64,000 bases of DNA from Betaproteobacteria bacterium (GTDB lineage: Bacteria > Pseudomonadota > Gammaproteobacteria > Burkholderiales > Burkholderiaceae_D). Below the pieces are notes generated by a model. The model made no database searches. It worked only from the letters and a program-made list of their open reading frames with translations, and was not told where the DNA came from. The first letter of the stretch is position 1. Every line of letters starts with the position of its first letter. Position numbers and translations under genes: made by a program. Below, piece after piece: positions 32,479 through 42,019 of the stretch. Where the stretch lies: contig VGHX01000002.1 of the NCBI GenBank assembly GCA_016868055.1, forward strand, positions 4 to 64,003. Reading direction: 5' to 3'.

Positions 32479-34866
32479 ATGACGACCCCACCCTCGGCAG
32501 ATAACGCTGATCAAAATCAGCGTCGACCATGGCCCGCTCCGGTGCGACTGGCGCTCAGTGTGCTTGGCTTTTTTGCAGGCTTATCGCTGATCGGGGCACT
32601 GCTGGTCGTGTTCATGATGATGATGGCCTTCCCGAATCTGCCCGATATTGATTCGCTGGCGACTTATCAGCCCAAAATGCCGCTGCGTGTTTTTTCAGCC
32701 GATAACATGCTGATCGGTGAGTTTGGCGAAGAGCGGCGTAGCCTGGTGCGCTACAAAGATATTCCCAAAGTCATGAAGCAAGCGGTACTGGCGATTGAAG
32801 ATGACCGCTTCTATGAGCACCACGGTGTTGACTACTGGGGCATCTTGCGCGCTGCTGTTCACAATGCGCTTGGCGGTCGCCGGCAAGGGGCATCGACCAT
32901 TACCCAGCAAGTCGCGCGTAATTTCTTTTTATCCAGCGAACAAACGATTAAGCGCAAGCTGTATGAGGTCCTGCTGGCATGGAAGATTGAGAAAACCCTG
33001 ACCAAAGATCAGATTCTCGAGTTGTACATGAATCAGATTTATCTCGGCCAGCGTGCCTACGGATTTGCATCAGCAGCACAAATTTATTTCGGCAAGAAGC
33101 TCGGCGATATCAGCGTAGCCGAGGCCGCGATGCTGGCAGGGCTACCCAAAGCCCCATCGGCAAATAACCCGGTAGTGAACCCGAAGCGTGCGAAAGCGCG
33201 TCAGCTGTATATCTTGCAGCGCATGCATGACCTTGGCTACATCACCACACCGCAGTACGAACAAGCACGTGATGAGCAGCTCAAGATCAAGATGGACAGT
33301 AATGATTTCGGTGTGCACGCCGAATACGTGGCCGAGATGGCGCGCCAGATGGTGTACGACCAGTACAAGGAAGACGCGTATACACGCGGACTGAATGTGT
33401 TCACCACCATCACCAAAGCCGACCAAGACGCCGCTTATCTAGCGCTACGACGCGGGGTGCTCGACTACGAAAAGCGTCAAACCTATCGCGGCCCTGAGGG
33501 ATACATGGAAATCCCCACTGACAAGACGGAAGCCGAAGCAGCAATTGAGTCAGAGCTTGCTGAGCATCCAGATAGCGACGGCATAATCGCTGCGGTGGTG
33601 TTATCGACCGGCCCTAAAACCGTACGCGCTGTGCTGGCCTCGGGTGAGGAAATTACGGTTGCAGAGGCCGGGCTTGGTACGGCGCTCGCCTCGCTGACCG
33701 ATAAAGTACCTGCTAACAAACGCATTCGACGCGGCGCGATCATTCGCGTAGTTCAAGAAGGAAGTAGCTGGTTTCTGATACAGCTGCCCGAGGTTGAATC
33801 TGCATTTGTCGCAGTCAACACTGAAAATGGCGCCATCCGTGCATTGGTTGGCGGGTTTGATTTCAATCGCAACAAATTCAACCATGTAACTCAAGCGTGG
33901 CGCCAGCCCGGTTCTTCTTTCAAACCTTTCATTTATTCGGCAGCGCTGGACAAGGGATTTTGGCCTGGCACGGTTGTCAATGACGCGCCGCTCAGCTTCG
34001 ACGCCTCACAAACCGGCAGTCAGGCATGGGAACCCAAGAATTACGACGGCAAGTATGAAGGGCCGATGACGATTCGCAAGGGCTTATCGAAATCAAAGAA
34101 CATGATCTCGATTCGCATACTCGACAAGATCGGGCCGGCCTATGCGCAGGAATACATCACCCGCTTTGGTTTCGAGGCCGACAAAAATCCTCCGTACCTG
34201 ACGCTTGCGCTCGGCGCCGGCTCAGTTACACCGCTTCAGCTCGCGGCTGCCTACTCCGTATTTGCCAACGGCGGCTATAAGGTTAACCCGTATCTGATCT
34301 CGAAAATCACCAGCAGCGACGGCAAACCACTTTTTGAGGTAAACCCCGACAAGGCGGGTGATGACGCACTGCGCGTGATTGATGCGCGCAATGCCTACGT
34401 GATTGATAGCATGCTGAAAGACGTCGTACGCTACGGTACTGCGACACGCGCACTGTCGCTCAAGCGCAGCGATATCGCTGGCAAAACAGGCACGACCAAT
34501 GACTCGATTGATGCCTGGTTTGCGGGTTACCACCCCAAGCTGGTCGGTGTAGCCTGGATCGGTTTCGACAAGCCGCGCAACTTAGGTAACAAAGAAACGG
34601 GTGGTGGTCTCGCGTTACCGATCTGGATCAGCTACATGCAAAAAGCGCTACCAACGCTGCCTGTTACCGATCGTGAGATACCGTTTGGCGTCATTAACCA
34701 CAACGGCGACATGATGTTCAGCGAGTATGTCGAAGGCGAAGGGGTTCACTCGTTGGGCATAGGCCAGGGCGAAGACAAACAAAATAACGGATCGCCTGAT
34801 TCGCCTAAATCACCTGAGCCAAGCAAAGAATTGCTCAAGGAAGGCGCCAAGGGAGAAATTTTCTGA
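32479..34866 (+). CDS. mrcA: Penicillin-binding protein 1A (bifunctional glycosyltransferase/transpeptidase)
   Basis: GT51 motifs EDDRFYEHHGVD and RQGASTITQQ. Transpeptidase motifs SSFKP and KTGTTND. Classical divergent arrangement with pilM. Confidence 0.95.
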   Translation: MTTPPSADNADQNQRRPWPAPVRLALSVLGFFAGLSLIGALLVVFMMMMAFPNLPDIDSLATYQPKMPLRVFSADNMLIGEFGEERRSLVRYKDIPKVMKQAVLAIEDDRFYEHHGVDYWGILRAAVHNALGGRRQGASTITQQVARNFFLSSEQTIKRKLYEVLLAWKIEKTLTKDQILELYMNQIYLGQRAYGFASAAQIYFGKKLGDISVAEAAMLAGLPKAPSANNPVVNPKRAKARQLYILQRMHDLGYITTPQYEQARDEQLKIKMDSNDFGVHAEYVAEMARQMVYDQYKEDAYTRGLNVFTTITKADQDAAYLALRRGVLDYEKRQTYRGPEGYMEIPTDKTEAEAAIESELAEHPDSDGIIAAVVLSTGPKTVRAVLASGEEITVAEAGLGTALASLTDKVPANKRIRRGAIIRVVQEGSSWFLIQLPEVESAFVAVNTENGAIRALVGGFDFNRNKFNHVTQAWRQPGSSFKPFIYSAALDKGFWPGTVVNDAPLSFDASQTGSQAWEPKNYDGKYEGPMTIRKGLSKSKNMISIRILDKIGPAYAQEYITRFGFEADKNPPYLTLALGAGSVTPLQLAAAYSVFANGGYKVNPYLISKITSSDGKPLFEVNPDKAGDDALRVIDARNAYVIDSMLKDVVRYGTATRALSLKRSDIAGKTGTTNDSIDAWFAGYHPKLVGVAWIGFDKPRNLGNKETGGGLALPIWISYMQKALPTLPVTDREIPFGVINHNGDMMFSEYVEGEGVHSLGIGQGEDKQNNGSPDSPKSPEPSKELLKEGAKGEIF

Positions 34867-34893
34867 AGTGCTGTTGTTTTGTTGGGTTAGCGA

Positions 34894-35226
34894 TCAGGCG
34901 CTGATCGTCAAACTTTTGCCGGCTTGTTCGCTGGCTAGCGTCGACAATGCGCTAAACAACTCAGTATCTTCACGGGTGTCACGCCATCTGCCGTCGATCA
35001 TGCGGAAATGAAAACCACCCGAGCGTGCCGCGACCCAGATCTCTTGCATTGGTGACTGCGTGTTGACGATGATCTTGCTGGCGCTATCAATGAACTCGAT
35101 CTCAAGTACGTTACCGCTGCGGCTGCATTCAATATCTGCATCGACCGCATCTGCTGCGTGTTCAAGGCTGATCTCTATCTGGTTCAACACGCCTTCGGCA
35201 ATGCTTAGAAACTCGGTTTCGGTCAT
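34894..35226 (-). CDS. cyaY: Frataxin-like iron donor CyaY
   Basis: MTETEFLSIAEGVLNQIE... and ..IWVAARSGGFHF. ATG at 35226 (CAT at 35224-35226); the ORF-track start at 35289 is over-extended. Confidence 0.9.
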   Translation of the reverse strand: MTETEFLSIAEGVLNQIEISLEHAADAVDADIECSRSGNVLEIEFIDSASKIIVNTQSPMQEIWVAARSGGFHFRMIDGRWRDTREDTELFSALSTLASEQAGKSLTISA

Positions 35227-35300
35227 GCTAAACTCCCTACGATATTTTGCTTCAGGCGTTGGCCTGCCACTGTTAACGTCTTCCACCAATACGCACTCTC

Positions 35301-35468
35301 ATGCATCCGGGTCTGTACATTTTAGCGATGATCTTGGTAGCCGGCTTGTCGGCGTGCGGCCAAAAGGCGCCACTGTATTTGCCCGACCGCCCAGCACCAC
35401 CCGCCAGCACAAGTAATGGTGAGTTCGATGCGCAACCGGCGAGTACCGGCACCACGCGCAAGCCGTGA
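35301..35468 (+). CDS. lptM: Small lipoprotein of the LptM/YifL family
   Basis: Own translation: MHPGLYILAMILVAGLSACGQKGPLYLPDRPAPPASTSNGEFDAQPASTGTTRKP (55 aa). It has a lipobox (LSAC) followed by the family hallmark G-x-KGPLYLP. Its position next to cyaY and upstream of a DAP-pathway gene matches E. coli yifL. Too short for the ORF track. Confidence 0.75.
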   Translation: MHPGLYILAMILVAGLSACGQKAPLYLPDRPAPPASTSNGEFDAQPASTGTTRKP

Positions 35469-35470
35469 GC

Positions 35471-36754
35471 ATGACTTATTTTGAGCGTCGTGGTGATGCG
35501 CTGTACGCTGAGGATCTGCCACTGGCGCAGATCGCAGCGCAGTTAGGCACGCCCACCTATGTTTACTCGCGTGCAGCACTGACCCAGAATTTTCTGGCGT
35601 ACGCGAATGCATGTCGCGCTCATGGCCGTGGCGATGGCGGCGCATTGGTGTGCTACTCGGTGAAATCCAACTCGAACCTCGCGGTACTGAACTTGCTCGG
35701 CAAACTCGGCTCTGGGTTTGATATCGTGTCGGGTGGCGAGCTTCTTCGTGTTCTCGCTGCAGGCGGTGATCCGAAAAAGATAATTTTTTCGGGCGTGGGC
35801 AAGTCTGAAGAAGAGATGAGGCTGGCGCTTTCGCATGACATCCTTTGCTTCAATGTCGAATCGATTCCCGAATTACACCGACTAAATGCTATCGCTGGTA
35901 GTGTCGGTCGGCAGGCGCGGGTGTCGCTGCGCGTGAACCCGGATGTCGATGCCAAGACGCATCCCTATATTTCTACCGGACTGAAAGAAAACAAATTCGG
36001 TATCGCGTTCGAGGATGCATTAGCAACCTACCGCGTCGGGCATGAGCTACCGAATATCGACGTCACAGGTATTGATTGTCACATCGGCTCTCAGCTACTG
36101 GATGATGCACCGCTACTTGAAGCACTTGAAAAAGTTATCGAACTAGCCGATCAGCTGCACGCCAATGGTATTCACTTACATCACCTGGATATCGGCGGTG
36201 GTATCGGCATCACCTATGACAATGAGAAACCGGTAGCGGTTGCTGATTATCTGGCGCGTTTATTCACGCGCATTGATCGCTGGCGTGCCGAAAAATATGG
36301 GGGTGCGCCGATCAGTATTATGTTTGAACCCGGGCGCTCTATCGTCGGTAATGCCGGCGTGCTTCTGACGCGTGTTGAATACCTGAAGCATGGTGCCAGC
36401 AAAAATTTTGCTGTGGTTGACGCGGCCATGAATGATCTGATGCGTCCGGCGATGTACGACGCCTGGCATGGCGTGCAGTCAGTTCATCGGCGCGACGCCT
36501 CCCCGCTGGCGTATGACGTGGTGGGCCCGGTCTGCGAGTCGGGTGACTGGCTAGCGCGTGATCGGCAGCTTGCACTGGAGCCCGGTGATCTGTTGGCTAT
36601 CATGTCGGCTGGTGCCTACGGCATGACCATGGCATCGAACTACAACACGCGCGGTCGCGCCGCAGAAGTACTGGTGGACGGGGACCGTTTCAGCGTGATT
36701 CGACGTCGCGAGCAAGCACAAGATCTTTTCGCGCTTGAATCCATCGTTGAATAG
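35471..36754 (+). CDS. lysA: Diaminopimelate decarboxylase
   Basis: PLP-lysine context YSVKSNSN, plus GGGIGI and CESGD motifs. Start taken at the ATG at 35471 (MTYFERRGDALYAEDL); the GTG at 35465 from the ORF track is an alternative. Confidence 0.95.
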   Translation: MTYFERRGDALYAEDLPLAQIAAQLGTPTYVYSRAALTQNFLAYANACRAHGRGDGGALVCYSVKSNSNLAVLNLLGKLGSGFDIVSGGELLRVLAAGGDPKKIIFSGVGKSEEEMRLALSHDILCFNVESIPELHRLNAIAGSVGRQARVSLRVNPDVDAKTHPYISTGLKENKFGIAFEDALATYRVGHELPNIDVTGIDCHIGSQLLDDAPLLEALEKVIELADQLHANGIHLHHLDIGGGIGITYDNEKPVAVADYLARLFTRIDRWRAEKYGGAPISIMFEPGRSIVGNAGVLLTRVEYLKHGASKNFAVVDAAMNDLMRPAMYDAWHGVQSVHRRDASPLAYDVVGPVCESGDWLARDRQLALEPGDLLAIMSAGAYGMTMASNYNTRGRAAEVLVDGDRFSVIRRREQAQDLFALESIVE

Positions 36755-37337
36755 GTCCGATCAGTCGCGCCGCAAGCAAGATCGTGATGATCACACCTAT
36801 CACAATAGGCTCGGCAAAATTCTGTTTGCCCGCACGCATCCACCAGAAGTGCGTCATGGCCAGCAGCGCTACGGCGTACACCACGCGATGTAGCTGAGAC
36901 CAGTAGCGCCCCAGGCGGCGCTGCATTGCATGCGTACTGGTTATCGCTAACGGAATGAGCAGCAGAAATGCAGTGAAACCGATCGCAATAAACGGTCGTT
37001 TCCAAACATCCCGCAAAATCTCGTCCAGATCAAAGAAGTGATCAAACCAGACAAAAGTGGTCAGGTGCAAGCACGCATATAAAAACGTGAACAAGCCAAG
37101 CATACGCCGCAATGCCTGCAACCAGTTCTGCCCCGTAAACCTTCGCAATGGGGTAATTGACATTGTAAGCGTTAAAAAATAGAGCGTCCAGTCGCCACTG
37201 CCGCGGATAAGCGCCTCAATTGGATTAGCGCCGAGGGCATCGCCAACAGCTCGCCACAGATAAATAATCAGTGGCGATAACGCGCTGACAAACACAGCAC
37301 GCTTGATGAGGGTGAGCCGTACAGCACTGAGCGTCAT
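36690..37337 (-). CDS. msrQ: Protein-methionine-sulfoxide reductase heme-binding subunit MsrQ (YedZ)
   Basis: 215-aa six-TM ORF directly downstream of msrP. Its 3' end overlaps the 3' end of lysA (see finding). Confidence 0.9.
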   Translation of the reverse strand: MTLSAVRLTLIKRAVFVSALSPLIIYLWRAVGDALGANPIEALIRGSGDWTLYFLTLTMSITPLRRFTGQNWLQALRRMLGLFTFLYACLHLTTFVWFDHFFDLDEILRDVWKRPFIAIGFTAFLLLIPLAITSTHAMQRRLGRYWSQLHRVVYAVALLAMTHFWWMRAGKQNFAEPIVIGVIITILLAARLIGPIQRWIQARKDLVLARDVESR

Positions 37338-37341
37338 TGGC

Positions 37342-38307
37342 TCAGTAGAACTTCCTCAGATCCATGCCGCTGTACAGCGAGGCTACCTCGGGGTAGCCAT
37401 TGAACATCAAGGTCTTGCGCTTCTTGGTAAAAAAACCATCTTCACCAATACGGCGTTCGCTGGCTTGCGACCAACGTGGGTGATCAACCTCCGGGTTTAC
37501 ATTGGAGTAAAAGCCATACTCATCCGGCGCTGCAAGATTCCATGAGGTTCTAGGCTGCACCTCAGTGAAGCGAATTCTCACGAGCGACTTTGCTGATTTG
37601 AAGCCGTACTTCCATGGCACGATGATGCGAACCGGCGCGCCATTCTGATTGGGTAGTACTTGGCCGTACATGCCGAGGGTCAGCAAGGTGAGCGGGTGGT
37701 TGGCCTCATCGATTCGCAGGCCTTCGGTATACGGCCACTCGAGCACTCGACTACGAACGCCCGGCATCTGCGCACGATCGGCCAGCGTAGTGAACTCGAC
37801 ATATTTGGCATTACCTGTCGGCTCAACTTTGCGAATCAGTTCGGCCAAGGGAAAACCAATCCAGGGAATCGCCATCGACCAACCCTCGACGCAGCGCAGA
37901 CGATATAAACGCTCTTCCAGCGGTGCCAGCTTGAGCAGCGCATCGATATCGAGGGTGAGCGGCTTCTTCACCTCGCCATCGACACGTACTGTCCATGGAC
38001 GAGGTTTGAGCGATCCGGCATACAGCGCCGGATCACCTTTGTCGGTACCGAATTCATAAAAGTTGTTGTAGGTAGTCGCATCAGCATAAGCCGTCGGTTT
38101 ATCTGTTGCGCTGTATTTCGCGTTACGCTGTGCCGGTAGGCGCTGACGCGTTGAAGACTCTGTCGCTATGGCAGGCGCGGACCATCCGGCGGCGGCCAAT
38201 GAACTTGCTGCCAAGCCTTGCAAGAACCCACGCCGCGATAGGGCAATCTCACGAGGTGTGATCTCGGAGGCGAGTGGTTCGTTACGACGAGGAATTTTGA
38301 TCAGCAT
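37342..38307 (-). CDS. msrP: Protein-methionine-sulfoxide reductase catalytic subunit MsrP (YedY), Tat-exported molybdoenzyme
   Basis: Twin-arginine signal [19 protein letters not shown]. YedY-type blocks YNNFYEF and [10 protein letters not shown]. Confidence 0.95.
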   Translation of the reverse strand: MLIKIPRRNEPLASEITPREIALSRRGFLQGLAASSLAAAGWSAPAIATESSTRQRLPAQRNAKYSATDKPTAYADATTYNNFYEFGTDKGDPALYAGSLKPRPWTVRVDGEVKKPLTLDIDALLKLAPLEERLYRLRCVEGWSMAIPWIGFPLAELIRKVEPTGNAKYVEFTTLADRAQMPGVRSRVLEWPYTEGLRIDEANHPLTLLTLGMYGQVLPNQNGAPVRIIVPWKYGFKSAKSLVRIRFTEVQPRTSWNLAAPDEYGFYSNVNPEVDHPRWSQASERRIGEDGFFTKKRKTLMFNGYPEVASLYSGMDLRKFY

Positions 38308-38363
38308 GATGGGGAGAGCAAGTTACTCGGTCACCATCAATAAGTGACCGAGTCGTGAGCGAA

Positions 38364-39515
38364 TCAAAGCTCGCCGTAGGAATGCAAGCCCGACAAAAAC
38401 ATATTCACACCCAGGAATGCGAAGGTCGTCACAAACAAACCGACCACCGCCCACCAAGCGGCGACTTGGCCACGCAAGCCTTTCATCAGGCGCATATGTA
38501 ACCAAGCGGCATAGTTCAGCCAGACGATCAGCGCCCAGGTTTCCTTCGGATCCCATGACCAGTAACCGCCCCAAGCCTCTGCTGCCCACAGGGCGCCCAA
38601 GATAGTGGCGATGGTAAAGAAAGCAAAGCCAACCGCGATGGCCTTGTACATCACATCATCGAGTACTTCCAGCGGCGGCAGGCGGTCTTCCAACTTGCCT
38701 TTGGCTTTCAGCAGATACGCAATACCTACCATGGCTGCGAGTGCGAAGGTACCGTAACCAATGAAATTAGCCGGCACATGAATTTTCATCCACCAGCTTT
38801 GGAGCGCCGGCACCAGTGGCTGAATCTCGTGCGCATCGCGTGCTGTCATGTACCACAGCAGAAAACCCACTGCGGCAGAAATCACCAGCATCACGAAAGC
38901 ACTGAATGAACGCGTTTCGTATTTTTGCTCGTAGAACACTAAAAACAAAGCAGTGATCAGGCAGAACAAAATAAATACTTCGTACAGATTAGATACCGGT
39001 ATGTGTCCAATGTCTGAACCCAAAAGATACGACTCATACCAACGCACCATCATGCCAGTGAAGCCGAGCAGAATCGCCGCCCAGCACAGCTTGCTACCGA
39101 CCGAGCCACCGAAGCTGGAGCGTGCTATCAAACCTCCCCAATAGAACAAAGTGGAAAGGAAGAACAAAGTACTCATCCACAAAATAGCGGATTGACTGGA
39201 TAGCATGTACTTCAGGAAAAATCGGTTCTGCGCCGCATCAAGATTGCCGCCGTACAGAGAGATACCGTACAAGGATGTCGCCGCAATGAGCAGCACCAAG
39301 GTGCGGGCGGATTTCCAGTACCAGCCGAGTCCAGCGAAAGTCGGCACGGCTGCCAGCAAGATCGCCTTCTCATAGATATCCATGAACTCGCCGTAGCGGC
39401 TGAGCGCGAACAGCGCACCGGCGAGCAATAAGGCAGCAAATAGCCAGTCGAACCAGCTGCGTCCTTTAAATAGACTGCTGCTCTCTGCGTAAGTTGTAGT
39501 CTCAGTGAGCTCCAT
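38364..39515 (-). CDS. ccsA: Cytochrome c biogenesis (System II) heme-handling protein CcsA/ResC
   Basis: 383-aa polytopic ORF with the Trp-rich WWD motif WGGYWSWDPKETWA. Confidence 0.9.
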   Translation of the reverse strand: MELTETTTYAESSSLFKGRSWFDWLFAALLLAGALFALSRYGEFMDIYEKAILLAAVPTFAGLGWYWKSARTLVLLIAATSLYGISLYGGNLDAAQNRFFLKYMLSSQSAILWMSTLFFLSTLFYWGGLIARSSFGGSVGSKLCWAAILLGFTGMMVRWYESYLLGSDIGHIPVSNLYEVFILFCLITALFLVFYEQKYETRSFSAFVMLVISAAVGFLLWYMTARDAHEIQPLVPALQSWWMKIHVPANFIGYGTFALAAMVGIAYLLKAKGKLEDRLPPLEVLDDVMYKAIAVGFAFFTIATILGALWAAEAWGGYWSWDPKETWALIVWLNYAAWLHMRLMKGLRGQVAAWWAVVGLFVTTFAFLGVNMFLSGLHSYGEL

Positions 39516-39710
39516 CGTTTATCTCCGGTGATCCTGCAGTACCGCTATGCGATGCGAAGTATAGTTGAGTGCATCAAGCCGTGCCCAGCCGCAGTGCACA
39601 AGTCCACAGCCGGCCTCGCCAGGCCGTTGGCAAAGCAGCAGCGCCGCAACCAGCACACGAGGCACAGCAAGTTAAGGCCCACACGGCAAGCAGCCTGACT
39701 AGGCAGGTGC

Positions 39711-41816
39711 TTAGGCCGATGGCAAGCGCGCTTTCATTTGCTCAAACTCCTTGTCGAAGTCCAAGCTCCGGCGTTGCGTGCTCATCGCCATCAGCGCGTT
39801 CACCCCACCGGCTTGCTCCGGCCGGATCCACAACCATAAGCGTCGCTCACGGATGTAGATCATGGCAAATACACCGAGTACCAGCAGCAAGCACCCCAGA
39901 TAAACCACATTCTTTCCTGGGGATCGAGTGACCTGAAATACGGAAGCTTTTACCTCATCAAAGCCGCGTAATTGCAAATACACCGGTGCACCGTAAAAGA
40001 AAGCGTCGGCTAGCGCATCCGTCGAGCGCTGCAGAAAGCGCGCATTTTTTGCATCGGGAACCGCAGGCGACAGGCCGTCCTTATCGCGCGCGACTTGCCA
40101 TAGCTCCCACATCGCACCATTCAATATCTTCATGAAGATATCGACGGTCTTTTCTTGTTGGTCTTTGGGGACCTTATCGATAAACCTCGCTACCGCGATG
40201 TAGCCAGAAGCTTCAGCGTCACCAGCAAACACATTCAAGCCTCGTAAGGCTGACAGCTGCAGCTGCTCGCGTAGCTGCGGTGAGCTGTTGGTACCCAACG
40301 GAACATTGGCGCCGTAACGTCGCGCTGCTTTGTCACGTAGCGCCGGATCCGCAATCGCAGCCCGCAGGCGCATCCACTCGTCGACCTTGCCATCAGCGTC
40401 GGCAGGAATGCGTAAATAACGAAAACCTTCGGATGGGTTGTCGCGCACGCCGGCAAGAAATACTTCTTCGCCATCGATCGTCACCGGCATCATGTAATTA
40501 CTGAACTCGCGGGCCTGACCAGTTTTATCGCGCAGCTTGTACTGCACACTAGGCCCGACATTACGCAAATCTTTGCCGCGCTCTCGGTTGGCGGCCGAGC
40601 CTAATCGCTTCTCGAGATGCTCATTGAAACCCTTAGGCTGCTTCACTGCACGTGGGTCACCCGCCATGTTCTCGACATTGAACGGGCGAAAGCCTGACCA
40701 TTCAATCGTATAGTCACCCGCATTACCCGCCAAGCGTGAGGCTTTCCCCACTTGCCCATCCAACGCAAACTGCGCATGGCCAGCGCCTGCCATTGGGTAG
40801 CCGGTCAGCTTCAAACGACTGCCACCATCTTCAAAGCTCGACTGGTAAACCGCCAGACCTTTGTAAATCAACGGCTCATTCACCTTGATCGTGGCCCTGA
40901 AACTGTTACCCGTTTCTTTGTCAGTAACGATGACATTGCTGGCAAATAGCTTCGGCATACCCGTTGAATAAAAATCAACGATAAATTTTTCTAACTGCAG
41001 CGTGAACGGCAAGTCCTGGATCAGCACACCATCGCCCATCTGCAGAATCGTGGTGTCACTGCTCTGACCCTCGGGCACCAAGGTATTACCGCGGAAGGTA
41101 ATGTTTCCGGTTCCGAGTCTGTGTTTCTCCGGGATTTCGGCAATTACACCACTGCCTTTAAAGGTCTCTTTACCAAGTAACCATTGCTGCGCGCGAATGG
41201 CCAGATTGGAGTCAAGCAAGCCGCCGACGCAGATAATCACAATCGCTGAGTGCGCGAAGATATAACCGAGCTTGTTGGCGCCACCCTGCTTTGCACTCAG
41301 CAAAATTGCGTCATCTTTACTTATCTGCTTTACCTGATACCCGGCTGCCGCGATCTGCTGCGCATACGCTCGCGCGAGCTGCGTCATATCGCGATCAGCA
41401 GTCCATTCGGCGTGATGATGAAAATTTCGAAGCGACTGCTCACGGACATTCGCCCGCCAGCTCTTCATGTCAGCGATCATTTTCGGCGCATTGCGAATGA
41501 TGCAGAGCGAGGTCGAGGTGACCAGAAACGCCATGATCAACAAGAACCACCAGGCTGAATACACCGAGTAGACAGAGAACCGAGCGAATACTTCAAACCA
41601 GAACGGGCCAAACTGGTTGACGTAGTTTGGCATCGGCTCGCCTTGCAACACCACCGTGCCCACGACCGAGGCAATCGAGATTACGGTCAACAAACTGATC
41701 GCAAAACGCATCGAAGACACCAGCTCAACCATCTCGGTGACAAAGCGTCCACGGTTCGTTAGCAGCATGCCGTGCGTACTAGGCGAGGATTGTTGGCTTG
41801 TATCGAGAGCGTCCAT
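39711..41816 (-). CDS. ccsB: Cytochrome c biogenesis (System II) protein ResB/CcsB
   Basis: The conserved N-terminal block VELVSSMRFAISLL precedes TM1, and a large periplasmic domain follows. I prefer the ATG at 41816 (MDALDTSQQ...) because the ORF-track start at 41873 would place a strong terminator hairpin (41833-41858) inside the coding region. Confidence 0.88.
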   Translation of the reverse strand: MDALDTSQQSSPSTHGMLLTNRGRFVTEMVELVSSMRFAISLLTVISIASVVGTVVLQGEPMPNYVNQFGPFWFEVFARFSVYSVYSAWWFLLIMAFLVTSTSLCIIRNAPKMIADMKSWRANVREQSLRNFHHHAEWTADRDMTQLARAYAQQIAAAGYQVKQISKDDAILLSAKQGGANKLGYIFAHSAIVIICVGGLLDSNLAIRAQQWLLGKETFKGSGVIAEIPEKHRLGTGNITFRGNTLVPEGQSSDTTILQMGDGVLIQDLPFTLQLEKFIVDFYSTGMPKLFASNVIVTDKETGNSFRATIKVNEPLIYKGLAVYQSSFEDGGSRLKLTGYPMAGAGHAQFALDGQVGKASRLAGNAGDYTIEWSGFRPFNVENMAGDPRAVKQPKGFNEHLEKRLGSAANRERGKDLRNVGPSVQYKLRDKTGQAREFSNYMMPVTIDGEEVFLAGVRDNPSEGFRYLRIPADADGKVDEWMRLRAAIADPALRDKAARRYGANVPLGTNSSPQLREQLQLSALRGLNVFAGDAEASGYIAVARFIDKVPKDQQEKTVDIFMKILNGAMWELWQVARDKDGLSPAVPDAKNARFLQRSTDALADAFFYGAPVYLQLRGFDEVKASVFQVTRSPGKNVVYLGCLLLVLGVFAMIYIRERRLWLWIRPEQAGGVNALMAMSTQRRSLDFDKEFEQMKARLPSA

Positions 41817-41832
41817 ATCTGCCTGTATCAAC

Positions 41833-41858
41833 AAAAAGGGGCGGCTCACCGCCACCCC
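41833..41858 (-). terminator. Rho-independent terminator-like hairpin downstream of cytochrome c4 and immediately upstream of resB
   Basis: The minus-strand RNA reads GGGGUGGC-GGUGA-GCCGCCCC followed by UUUUU (plus-strand AAAAA at 33-37, GGGGCGGC at 38-45, TCACC, GCCACCCC at 51-58). The stem is 8 bp including one G-U. Confidence 0.7.
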
Positions 41859-42019
41859 CCGGTATTGGTTCACTTCACCCGATAACCAACCATCTCATTC
41901 GGCGTCTTACTACCTTGGTCGCATTTCGCCTTATGTACGTATTGTACCGTCTACGGTGCAACCGCCTTGTAATTGACGTTTGAGATAGGTTCTTGGCGCT
42001 TGTTCCGGGAGATTGAGAT

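Noticed and set aside
39574-39684. A 36-codon minus-strand ORF (GTG start) in the resB-ccsA spacer encoding the Cys-rich peptide (M)WALTCCASCAGCGAAALPTAWRGRLWTCALRLGTA.
   Set aside because: It has no SD and a non-ATG start. Its composition is just what GC-rich non-coding sequence yields, and I know of no family resemblance. It is kept only as a note under the spacer finding.
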